The position numbers and the translations under genes are program-made. The notes below the pieces were generated by a model. That model saw only the letters and a program-made list of their open reading frames with translations. It did no database searches and was not told where the DNA came from. From the NCBI GenBank assembly GCA_050084515.1, contig CM114271.1, positions 30,132,001 to 30,196,000 on the forward strand: a stretch of 64,000 nucleotides of DNA, in the 5' to 3' direction. Below are positions 28,401 through 50,029 of the stretch, in pieces. Each line of letters begins with the position of its first letter. Position 1 is the stretch's first letter. The DNA is from Blasia pusilla. Lineage: Eukaryota.

Positions 28401-31400
28401 CAATCCATGCGTAAACTATGACTACTAACAAATGATTCACCTTACAGTAGCAACAAAGTTGACTTTCCAATGATGTAATATCTACCCAACATATTTTTAA
28501 CCCCTTTATGATATTGTTTTTACCAAGTTTGACATGTGTGTAAAAAATCCAAGTTTGGCATCTATCCATATACATATATGCAAGTCCCCATTCATATGAG
28601 AATCTAGGCATCTCCCAACTACCTGGAGGAACACCAAGTTCTAGCTAACTATATTATTTCAATGACTACGAATAATTATACTTTTTGAAACATCCATAAT
28701 TTATTTCTAGTAGCTATAGAAATTTAGAAAGCCCATATTCGTTCATAATCATTGGAATGCGGTGATAATCACATTATTATCATAGAATACTCTCGTACTT
28801 CTTTAGTGATAAATAGGAGTTAAGATATATTATATGATTTGTTTAATTATAATCTGATTTTTCATGCGCACATACATTATTTTCACCATCCATACGTACA
28901 CAAAATTTTCCTTCTACCCTTAATAGTGGAGTCCAATATGGACACTATTACGTACAAAAGTATCTTCAATAAAATAAGAAATCACCCCTCTCTCTTGCAA
29001 GTGCGCGTCAAACCAATCCCACTATCATTATAAGAGTTTATTGTTAGTATAGGTTGATATAGGATGGATCAAAGTATACTTATAAGTCAATATCCCCTAG
29101 GGTATGTGTACAAGCATGTAAGTGGGGTTGGAAAGTGGATTAGGAGCCGATCACGTTGTGCGTATCAATATGGCAAACGGGATTGGCCTTGGGAATATGG
29201 CTGTAGGTAGATTAGAAAGGTTGGTATGACAACAAGCATGGTAAGAAACGTACATGGTTGGCTATAATACCCCTACTCAACTACCCCCATATGCCCTTTT
29301 CTTAATTGATTTGAATATTTAATGTTCCTCCACATCCCTTTCTTTTTGGAAACTTATTTGTGGATCCACTAAAATGTAGGATCAATCCCACAAAAAAATA
29401 GTTACACAATACCCCCTACCTCCTAAAGAAATATTCTTCACCACTTGACACCCTCCAAAATAAGCATTTCCCCACAAATCATGTAGAGAGTTCTCTCACA
29501 TGGCGGAAATGGTACGTGAGAGAAGCATTTTGACTTTTCAGCGTGAAGCAACAACAAGCACGGCTCTTGGATCTACAATATCAAGAACTCAACATTCCAA
29601 TCTTCTGCTAACATCAGTATTCATTCATCTTGTAGCCCCAACTACATTTAAATTTAAATTGCACTTTCGCACACATCTCAATGCATTCCATGTTTTTTTG
29701 TTATTTTTGTATTTTAATATGATCAATCATATCTTGATGCACTAGTATCGATGAAGATATAATAGATAGCCTACTGTGCCCTTTTGTTCCAAGCTCAAAT
29801 TTATATGTGAATTGAGTATCCTATGGGCGTAGGATCATTTTTATGATTAAATCACTTTAGAAATGTTGACCCAAAAAAATAATTCACTGATCATGAAATT
29901 CCATATAGACTAATTGCGAGGATTCAATCACAACTAAATTTTCATCCAATTTGCGATCATGTTGTGGGAGTCACAACTAAGCCATTTTTTAGTCGCACTC
30001 GACTTATAACTTTATGACTCTTGCATTCACGATTGACCCGCAAACATGAGAAATAGACTAAAAAAATTGCGATTGCAACACAAATAGAAAGTTCCATTTT
30101 CTTACACTCACAAATTTTGCTGATCTATATGTCCTTCAACTTCAAACGAAATTCACACCTGAAAACTCTAAAGATTTAGCTCCATTATAGAAAAAAAACC
30201 AGTCACAAAGTATTATGTAGTATTATGAAGTTTAATCATCTACTTATTTTTCAATATTAAAATCAAATTATACCAAGAAAAAACTCAAGACTAAGTTCTG
30301 TTATGGACAAAAAAAACTAGTTTAAAGTGAGGAGGGGAATCTCATAAATTTGGGAGGAAGAGAATAAATGGAGTGGTTGTTGAGGTAGAAGGGAGATTTT
30401 TGGTTGAAGTTTCATTGTCTGCCAATACTATGCAAGTTGATTCCGAGTGCACCTAAACTAGAGCCTCGCAAGACTTTTGCAATTCAATTATGTCTCATGG
30501 AAGTTGCAAGTTGTAATTTTTGATATTGGCACTTTATAAATCATTTACAAAGCATACTTACAAATCTCAATGCGAGTTGTTCTTCTTCTCATGAAACTTA
30601 TAAATACGCAAGACTTATAACTTACTTATGATTGACTCTGTCACGTATTTTAGGATAGATCGACGAGATCTAGTAGGAAGCCTTTGCAGGTAGTGGAGGA
30701 AAGCCTCGAGAGCTCAAGGAAGACCTCCTGAGGCCATGGGTACTCTGAGAGAGCATATTTCCCCTTTTGTTTCGGCTCATTTGGAGCCATATAGAGAAAC
30801 TTACTAAAATTACAAATGTGTGCCTCTCATCCCTAGGAATGACCCAACATTGAAGATATTGAAAGAAAATGATGATAAACATGTTTCACTATGTATGTTG
30901 CTAATGAAACAAAGAATGGGCTATGGATAATTACTAACGTTTGGGGGAAATATTACGGTACGATTGGAAAATTTTGGTTTATAGTAAGAAGAAACGAGTT
31001 AAGACAATTGTATGAGATTTGAGAATTGAATTCTATATGTTCCCAAAGGATTGATGATCTACAAACAACATTTGGTGGTCCACATGGCTACAGGAGGAGG
31101 AAGTAGTAAGGTTTAAAATTATGAATTTTTTTCCAAACCATGTTTGTTGTGGCATATTGTGACATATCTATTTTTATTTTTATTTTATTAAAATATATAG
31201 ATAAAAAAATAGATTTCATATTTTTCATACATGTGGACGCAAGTAATAAAGAATACATAGATTTTCATAAATTGTGTACTATTAAAGAGTAAAAACCAAT
31301 CTCATGGATTTTCTATAATTTGTTCTATCGAGATATTATTGAACAAAAAATAAATCTGAAGTATAACTTTTAACTAATAATCCCATAGTGCACTGAAATT

Positions 31401-31723
31401 CAAATTGAGATGTTATATATATTCTCCATTATGAATAAAAGCTAATTAGTTAAATATTTAATAAAAAATATTAATACATGTAATGACATCATGGGGCACG
31501 ACTTATTTATGCATGGAATTTAGGTATCTCTATATAATAATTAAAATGTTTGCTTGTGACTTTTCTAAACACGACTGTATTTATGCCCATATTATGCACA
31601 AAGTGAAAGTATTTATATTACAATACTTGGCTTGGTCAAATTAATTTGTTTTCCTTACCAAACTTCCCCCAACAAAATAGCATTGAATGTTAGACTTGAA
31701 ATATGTTCAACTAAGAAGTGCTC

Positions 31724-31727
<4 letters not shown>

Positions 31728-31772
<45 letters not shown>
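31728..31772. repeat. (AT)n microsatellite
   Basis: Pure AT dinucleotide run of about 45 bp. Confidence 0.95.
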
Positions 31773-31776
<4 letters not shown>

Positions 31777-32164
31777 CCCTTGCACTATCTTACGCAATGA
31801 ATTATAAATGTGGGCCCCACCTCTTGCAATTCATATTCATGAATATGTCCAAACTTGAGTGTTTTTTGTACAACCATGGAAGGGAGGCAATTGTCCACAA
31901 AGTATAGGAGGAATTCGTGAATTATGTAGACAAGGATGGATTGGGTACTCATGGTTCTATGTTTTATCCATCTTCTTATTTAAATATGGAGGATCTATCG
32001 TATGATTAGTGGAATGCATTGCCTGACCATGAACGTTAGGATATTGTTAGGATGCATAATTTAGGGTTAATGGAACCATCTGATTAGTGGAATGCATTGA
32101 CTGACCGTGAACGTTAGGATGCACATAATACCACATGATAGCTCAATTAGGACCCATTCTTTAG

Positions 32165-32347
32165 ATGTAAGTATAAATATAAGTATAAATATAAACATAA
32201 ATACAAATAAATAAAAAACATAAATAAATAAATAAACATATAAATAAACAAAAAATATACAAATATACAAATAAACAAAGAAAAAAATATAGAAATAGAA
32301 ATAGAAATAGAAATAAACAAATAAAAAATAAAAAATAAAAATATATA
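32165..32347. repeat. A-rich low-complexity tract ((TAAA)n / (AGAAAT)n-like)
   Basis: Seen directly; it produces the spurious F/Y/I/L-rich minus-strand ORFs. Confidence 0.9.
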
Positions 32348-32592
32348 CACCTTTGGCGGCCATAGGCACGTACTGCATGTGTAGCATGTTCGGGGAAGGA
32401 GAGGTGCATAGCACTCGACGAGAGGGGGAGCGCTTTATGATTGAAGATTGATTCGGCCTACGGGTCTTGAGCCGAAGAGCCATTCGGCCTCACGCATCTC
32501 CGTAATTACCGAGATCGAGGCCGTAATGGCTCTGCTCAAGGTCTTCAATCGTAGCGCCCCTTAAAATCGAGTGCTATGGTCGCCAAAGGTAT
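32348..32592. mobile_element. Palindromic foldback MITE-like element in a TA-rich site
   Basis: The termini acctttggcggccatag and ctatggtcgccaaaggt are inverted repeats. Pairing continues inward (catagcactcg/cgagtgctatg, gattgaaga/tcttcaatc, ttgagc..agagccatt.cggcctc/gaggccg.aatggctct.gctcaa) to the centre gtaattac at 32502-32509. Flanked by TA runs. Confidence 0.75.
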
Positions 32593-35159
32593 ATATATAT
32601 GTGCTTTTTATCCACTAAAGGTTTATATTTTGGGTTTTTTTCTTCTAAAAGATCATATTTTATAACCTTTATTCAATAATTTTTCAAAATCCTTGGTTGA
32701 ATGAAAATGGCAGTGCATTTAATTTTATTACAATTTGTTGAAGAGAAATTAAATTAAATAATTTACATATCTATGTATATTAGAATATTTGAAAAGGAAA
32801 AAAACAAGAAGTCCCATGCTTCAAAGATTAAATTTTAAAGTTTGGTAAGATTTACTAAGCTTAATCTAGATTATTTTATAAATTAATATTATTTTTCAAT
32901 ATTCAACTTTATATGATCTATAATATTAAGAGAGAATCGGTTTTATTTTCTTTTGTTAAAAATTGTTGGTCTTTTTTTCATTTTTGTTTGTTTTCTAGTT
33001 GTCTAACTTTGTTTCCATTTTTTCTCAACGGCGAGATTTGTCTCATTCATATTTTCATCATAGTTATTTTTGTTGAGAATGGAAGTTTTTAATCTCATAT
33101 GTATTAATGGTAGTCATAAAATATTATCTAAGATTTGAAGGAGGAAAGTTTCTTCCTTTTTACACCTTCTTTGACTGAATTGAGTGAAAGCTTATTTTCC
33201 AACATCCTCGAAGTGAATGATAGATAGTGAAAACAAGAACTTAGGGTTACATCGTATTAGAATTTGGCACTTAGGATTCTCTAAATGGGATTATAGTGGA
33301 TGGAAATGCCCAGGGTTAGAATGGAGATAAAATATAGCTTCCTTAAAAGACTTAACAAAGAGAATGCTTGTATTTATCTTCTTTTGGATTGGATATTAGT
33401 CTAAAAGTGTTGAGACTATTTCTTGTTATGACATTCTAATGATACTAAATTCTTGCATCACATAATACCTTCATTGGAACCATGAATTAGAGGGAAGAAA
33501 AGTAATTGTAGAAGACTTGAAAGTTTATTCATATGGCTTTTGAATGTGATCACGCATGCATATTGAAACAATAGTGTATAATTTGTGCTCTCTATGATAT
33601 TAATTAGGTTTCACACTAGTTCCAACTTTTTTTCTTGCTGCCCCTAAAAGATTTCCTTGCTGCTTGTATTACATGTTTTTCTTCTTCTTGTTGCCCAAGT
33701 ATCGCATGTTAATCAAACAAGTATTTGAGAATCAGGAAGGTATTCTACAATAATAAAATAGAAATCGACGAAGAATTTAACTATCTATTGTGAAATATGG
33801 AGTAAAATTTCCTAATTCTAACAAACGGTAATAAGATAGTATGATGAAGAATGATGGGATGGCTTAAAAAAATTGGATGTCAAGAAATGATGCTTTGCTA
33901 GGTTGATTGAATGGAACAAGCACACAATCTTAAGAAAATAGCACGAATCCTTTGGCTTTAGAAAGGTAATATTGTTCATACCATTTTGACTTGAATTAGA
34001 TCATTCATGTTATTATACATGTTTCTCGAATGCCGTTGTGATTTTTAAATCCTTCTCTAGTTGACATCCGATAAATCTTGATTCATCTTTTCGTATAATG
34101 TCAAAGTATCAACCATTCAAAATTAATTAAAATTCTGGTGTGCAGCCTTGAGCATGCGCCATGCACGGGAGTATAGGGATTAATCGTGTTGCGCACAATT
34201 TATTTTTTTCTTCGGGTGGATGGAAAACATGTCAATCGAACATTTATTGAATGAAAATCAAGAAAACAATCTCCAATAATTACATAGATTTAATATGACT
34301 TATATTACCGGAAGTAATCCCCTGCAGCACGTGTATTTATTAGTGAGGTAATCTTGGAACGAAAATGCACATCGCCAAGCGAGCAAAGAAACACGAAGAG
34401 TGAGCAAAGAAATAGGGTGGAAAGGAGTGACATGCCATAAGATAAATAAATACGGGAAAGAGTGTGCGTTAACTTTCCGGTTCTTCCCTGCGAGCTCACG
34501 TAAGGAAGCAATCGGAAAGTGTGTGCGACAATAAAGGATGAAGGCAGACATGGATCCTGGCTCCCGCCCGCAGGAGCAGTAAAAGCGGGGGGATCGAACA
34601 GACACAAGAGTGGTATCGACAGCGACCTCCCATCTCGAGCCAGTCGGGAAGGGAAGGACGGATTACGAAGCGGAGGCTCGGGAGGGCCGTAAAGGAAGGC
34701 AGAAGAAAGGCGACGCCGTATTCTTACTTCGGTCCTAAGGAAAGGGGCGCAGTAGAAGTAGCAGTAGAAGAGTATACCCTCAGGGCCGGGTAGGGAGGCA
34801 GGACGACGGAATAATAATAGGTAGAGGGTACATGCCCATAACACATCGCATAACATACATCAGAGCTACATCATCATCACAGGCCTCCGATTTACGTCGG
34901 GGGAGTTCTTTTCCCGGAACCGATACTTTCCCGGTATTCGTATCGCGAGACAGTCATTTTCGAAGTTTTCTTAGTTCCGGTCCGCTATTTGATACCAAGA
35001 GACCACTCGTTTCCAGCCCGTTTCTAACCGGCGATTCAGAAAGAGAGACGGAAATTCTGGATTTCATCCGGGCAGGTCACCACGTAACCCGGTTCTCCCC
35101 GGGCTTTGCATGGGCCCTGCTCAGCCAGAGCACAGAGGACGGACAGACAGGCCGCTGAA

Positions 35160-35823
35160 GGTCGGTCGGTCGGTCGGTCGGTCTGTCTGTCTCGCTCTCT
35201 CTCTCACTGACTTCCATGTTTCTTTTTCACTTCCTTCCTTTGGGTAGCGGAGCCGCTCTCATTTCTCCCTCTCCCTAGGAACGCAGCCGTAGTAAGTAGG
35301 AGCAGGGCATCCGGGGGAGGTTGAGGAGAAGAGATAAACAGGGGAGACGGCGGAGGGAAGTGCAGGTGGCAGATACAGAACTGTAGGGAGGGGACGAAGG
35401 GAGTCCTTCGAAGGAGGAGAAGGAAGGGAAAAATAGGGAGGGAGGAGCGAGTAAGGAAGGAGGGAGGGACGGAGGCAAGAGGGGAGGGAACGGGAGAGGA
35501 CGGAAGGAGGCGGAGGGAAGAGGGAAGAGGGAAGAGGGAAGAGGGAAGGGGAAGGAGCGTCGGGGGAGAATGACCATGATGGCGCCCCCTCTCGAAGTGC
35601 GTCGCCTCTTTCTATCTGTGTGGATTGGAGTGAGATGCTGATATTGTCGTCGTAGGTAGTAAAGTGTAGAGAAAGGGAGGAGAGGGAGGAAGAGGATTCA
35701 CGGTGCATCCATCCATCTGCTGTTCTCTGTTTTGTAGTAGTCGAGGTCGATAGGGAGAGAGAGAGAGGGAGAGAGAGACAGATAGACAGACAGACACAGA
35801 GAGAGAGAGAGAGAGAGAGAGAG
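35160..35823 (+). promoter_or_regulatory. GA-rich promoter / 5' leader region of the UBP12-like gene with (GGTC)n, (GGGAAGA)n and (GA)n tracts
   Basis: GC-rich island with purine tracts at about 35290-35560 and 35752-35823, each upstream of an ATG micro-exon. Long GA tracts are BBR/BPC-type elements in plants; function here is inferred. Confidence 0.55.
35570..35596 (+). CDS. Alternative first coding micro-exon of the UBP12-like gene (MTMMAPPLE)
   Basis: ATGACCATGATGGCGCCCCCTCTCGAA|gtgcgtcg is a near copy of 36178-36204 with the same donor and phase. Confidence 0.65.
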
Positions 35824-36177
35824 GGCTTCGGAGGGCCTGCCTGCTGTCCATCGCCTTGCTTTCTCGTTGCATCGTGTCGTGTCGCGTGTGGCGGGCATCG
35901 CAGTGTTGTATCGCATCTCTTACGAGCGAGTTGCGGAGACGTATCGCTCGCGGGTCGTCTGGTCTGAGGGAGGGAGAGAGAGGATAAAAGATTGTGGCGG
36001 GGTTGCGTCTGGCGTGCGCGTTGCGTTGTGTGCGAGCCTTGCATCATCGCCCTCGGGGTTTTGTTTTTATTTCAAAGTCTCGTTCTCTGTCTCCGTATCT
36101 CCTTCTATTTGCGCCGGTTTGAGATCTTGTAGCAGACACATGCCCAGGCAGACGCTGAATTGAATTAGGCTGCTACA

Positions 36178-45859
<9,682 letters not shown>

Positions 45860-48229
45860 AAACGGGCATGTAATAGATGGTCCAATACGTCTGTTGGAAG
45901 ACAACTTTCCTAGATTTTCAGAAGCCACACTGTTCCCAGATTAACCTGCATAAGGCAGGTCTCCTAGGGGAAATTTCTTGGGTAGTAGGGTGCTTGGTGC
46001 CCTTTTGTTATTTAGCCTGATTCAAGTTAGCTGCTTGGTATGGGATGCCATGTACCTATGCCTTGTGGTGAAGTGCTTGGTTGTATAGGGATTTACACCC
46101 TTCTTTCTAATGGTGATGAATCTACCCTTCTGCGCTATTGTTGGTGCCCTGAAACATATGATTACTGAGCTTGGGTCTCTTGTTGCAATATTACTGTGAT
46201 CAAAGAAGGGGCCGGTTCTGCCAGTCTTTTGTGTCTAAAACCACTACGGTCGATAGCCAGGAATATTGGCTTGGACTTGGTGTAGTCTAGTCAGCTCCAG
46301 TTCTTGCAATTATTCCGTTCAATAGTCTTGGAGAGACCTCCATAGACTTTCGGTATATGAGTGCAGAGCTTGCACCCATTGTAGGTGAGACTGCTTGTTC
46401 CTGCCTGCTCCAGTGCAGGGCCAGGAGGACGCCTGTAGCGTGCTTACAAACTGTGGTGTCCTGATCGTTAGGCCCTTACTGACTTCCTTTCCTTTCTCGG
46501 TCCTGGTAGCATCCTTTTGATCCCTGTGTGTAGGTGATGTCCTCTTGGCTCTTGTGCACATGGGTTCTTATATGAGCCCGGTTGTGTAACCAACTTCTGA
46601 ACTCTCTTAGCTGGCTCATTGCAAAGGCTCAATCTGTTTTGAGTATGGGCACATTAAATTTGTTACTAGGAATGATAATCACAACAGTTCAGCTGGATTT
46701 CACTGGTAATTTGCCCTGCGGATGTTGGTCTTTGGAATGAGTCCCTGTGATTAGTAGTGTACTTGTCAACGCTATGTGGATTTCCTGGTGGATAAAATTC
46801 ATCTGGTTTCGACCTCGGGGTATAAGACCTGGTTGGGCTCTGAACTAAGTCATCTACTTGAGTCAGTTGTTTGGAGGTTGCTGAGCATGCTCGTGTTTAG
46901 TGGATGGAAATGCATGTAACATTGGTCATCCTTCTGAGAGCATGAAGGCCATCATTTTCTTTCCTAGACGCAGTTGATGAAAGTCTCCCCCTTACCTGGC
47001 CAAAGTGAAGCCCTTAAGGATATTTCTCGTCTGTACAATAGCTTTTGAACATGACATTAATGTTAGACTTTATAACTGAAATGGTGATTTAAAGTCTTGG
47101 ATTCGGTCTTTAGCTCTGCCAGTAACCAAAGCACCTCAACAGGGAGCCTCTGTGAACTTCATAGATGTACACAAAGATTTTGCTTGAAGGAGTTGATCAA
47201 GAAAAGCTGCATGTGTCTGCCCCGATTCAGGAAATCGTAGACCAGCTCCCTGCTCGAATACACCTCAGCAACACACAAATTTCACTTGAGTTGATTAGGA
47301 GCAGGAAATAGTTCTGACATCATGTTTGTTCGATCATGATTGCAAGATAGTAAAGATACCCATCTTACTACAGCAGTAAGCCAGCGGAAAGGTTCACACT
47401 GGAGCAGTTAACAATAATGGCACAATTTTTGCCAACGCATTTGTATAAATATCTCATTCGAGAAGTAGTAAATGAAAGTATGGACTATCAAATGGGTCAC
47501 TAGAAGATTATTGTTGTGTAATCACTGAGCTACACTCGTAGCAAGAAAAGAGGAGTGAGGATATGAGGGAATGGGGTCCAGTTGTGTCCGATCTAGTTGG
47601 AGGCTGCCCTAAAGTGAACCCGGTATCCTAAAGGTTTGCAATTCCATGTTTCTAAGCAAGATTGAAGCCTAAACCCTAAAAAGATCTATCCCTGAGAGCT
47701 ATCTCTAAACTTAGAAGAGGTTCTAGTCATGATTTTGTAATTATACCATTCATCCTTTTGTACTTGGTTGCGACTACTATCCACGCCCTTTGCACACACA
47801 CTACAATCCATGCCTTGTTTGGAATGCTTGTCATTTCAAAATTACCATTCAAGACTTTCTCAAACCAACCCGAAAGTGTTCAAACATTGTTCATTATTGT
47901 AAGAGCAGTGGGAGTCATATCATCAATGGTGTTGGATTCCAAATCATCTCTATGCCTATTTGTTTCTACTCATGAAATGCAATTGTATGTTTGTTACTAC
48001 CCTATGCTTCTTACTTATGACGATTCTACTAGATTCTTGTTGAGGTGAATATCGCCCATGTGTCCAACTTCTCAAACATGCCAACAAACCAACAACTACT
48101 TGCTTCTTACTCGATTAGCTTACGCCTCCTTTGTATAAGACGAACAATGTGCAAAAAAGGATTATCTATATTGTGGACGTCCTTCCCAATTTGCCATGCT
48201 TCCATGCTTGTTAGCAATGAGTACAATTT

Positions 48230-48545
48230 AAGTGTCCCCTTCAAATATCTATGTACTCTCTTCAGTGCAATCCAATGTGTAAAGCTTGTGCAGGAACTTG
48301 CATAAGACCCTAACAACATAGGCTTTATCGGGCCTTGTGCTCACAAAAAAATAAATCAAACTACCTATAGCATTTTGGAAAGGAATTTTGGTAATGTCAA
48401 CTTTTCCTACATCTCCTTCTCTAGCTTGAGTCATATCTCCATTGATGTCCCAACAGACTTGTAATAGTTCAAGCCAAACTTGGAAATTACCTTCTTCACA
48501 AACATAGATTGATCCAAATTTAAACTTCCTCCGTCTCTACTTTTG
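48230..48545 (-). mobile_element. Ty1/Copia reverse transcriptase C-terminal remnant
   Basis: LNLDQSMFVKKVISKFGL...KSVGTSM, PFQNAIGSLIYFFVSTRPDKAYVV and HWIALKRVHRYLKGT are canonical Copia RT motifs. Confidence 0.85.
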
Positions 48546-50029
48546 GTAATCAAGATGACTAACTGCAATGCCATAGTGGCACCAGGAGATTGCCAGTATG
48601 GCATTGCAGTTTTCTGATATCGGGTTAGTGGCATCGACGCCATATGAAGCAGCCGGAGACATGGAGGATCCTGGTAGGATATACGGGGCTGCACAAATGG
48701 AGGCAACCGATGTTGTTACTAGTGGAGTAGCCGTAGAGTTGGATCCACACATAGGGGAGGCGAGGAAACATAGCAAGCTTCCTCAATCTTTTATCTTGTT
48801 CGAAGCGATGAGGACCCCATCAATGGGTCCTGATCAGAGTTCCCATATGGTTGATGTTGTTGGTGTGTAGGCACAGAGGGTTATGGGAGAAGCGAGTGCG
48901 AAAACTCATAGTGTTGATGCAAAGGTGGAGCCCGTGTCGATTACGTTGTTGGGGCGGCCACTACGATGTACCGCGCCCCATGGTCCTCTGTTTCTGATGT
49001 TACGTTGGGAGGTATGTCCGCCGAGGTTTTCTGACTGCCGCTACGTTATGTGAGCGTGGAGTTGGTGTTCCTGCGTCACGTTCTAAGGTGATTTCAGAGG
49101 AGATGATGGACTTGCCCGGCCTTGAGCCTATGCTCAAGCCGTTCACCTCAGTTTCATGGCAAGTTGCGGCTGCTAGGATGGTGGAGATGCTTGCTAGACC
49201 CGCTTTAGAGCATGCCATGGTTTCCCATGAGTTTTTTTGCTCGATAATCAAGGAGAGGTATTCTATTCGGTGAGTCCATCAGGTAGAGTTTTTTTCCCGC
49301 AACGCGTCTTGTTGGATTCAAGAGCTCAACCTCTAATGTTGGGGAAAGCGACGTTGATATGATTGGGCTTAATGAAGTCAGATATGGAGCGTTTTCCATT
49401 CAGGATACATATATCCTTGGATGGAGCAAGTACGACATAATTTATCACTCGATATAAGGTCGTGGTGAGGATTCGACATGTACATCCATTAGATAAGTCC
49501 GTGGTGCGAGTCAAGGCGATACATACCGATGCCGAGTGCTATGACATTTTTGTTGGAGGAAGAGTGTTATATTCGATGTTTTCCCTAGATTACTCGGAGG
49601 AGTCAGGATCCTACAGACCAGGGTGGTAGCTAGGTAATGGGCGACTTAGTTCGTTACTTGTTCGATTCACAGGTGGAGTGACTGAGCGACGGCCAAGAGA
49701 GATGGCGATATTAGGAGCATTCACCAACGGAATCACTTGGCCTAATGATTTGATTGAGGGGCATGTCCATGCAAGGGACACACTTGCACCTGACAATTCT
49801 ATGAAGAGGAGTGTTATGGTAGCCGCATCATTCCTCGGAGGGGAGGTACCGTTGTGGGGCTCAAGTGAGGATCTTTGATGCTCGGGCGATAAGCATGTGC
49901 AGACGGCATGGAGTGAGCCGTTTGCACCAGAGCGTGATGCGTCAAAGAAACCCAAAATAGCAAGAAGTGTTACGATGACTCCCTTAGACACCACACCCAT
50001 TGTGTGTGGCATCCCAAAGGAGGATATTC

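Noticed and set aside
27800-28640. Minus-strand ORFs possibly from a LINE 3' region
   Set aside because: The W/C-rich composition is suggestive, but no diagnostic RT, endonuclease or zinc-finger motif could be read with confidence.
32067-32483. Hydrophobic F/Y/I/L-rich ORFs resembling membrane proteins
   Set aside because: Artefact of the A-rich low-complexity tract.
35259-36047. 262-aa S/P/L-rich minus-strand ORF and neighbouring ORFs at 34300-35158
   Set aside because: These are translations of GA/CT microsatellites and GC-rich promoter DNA, with no recognisable domain.
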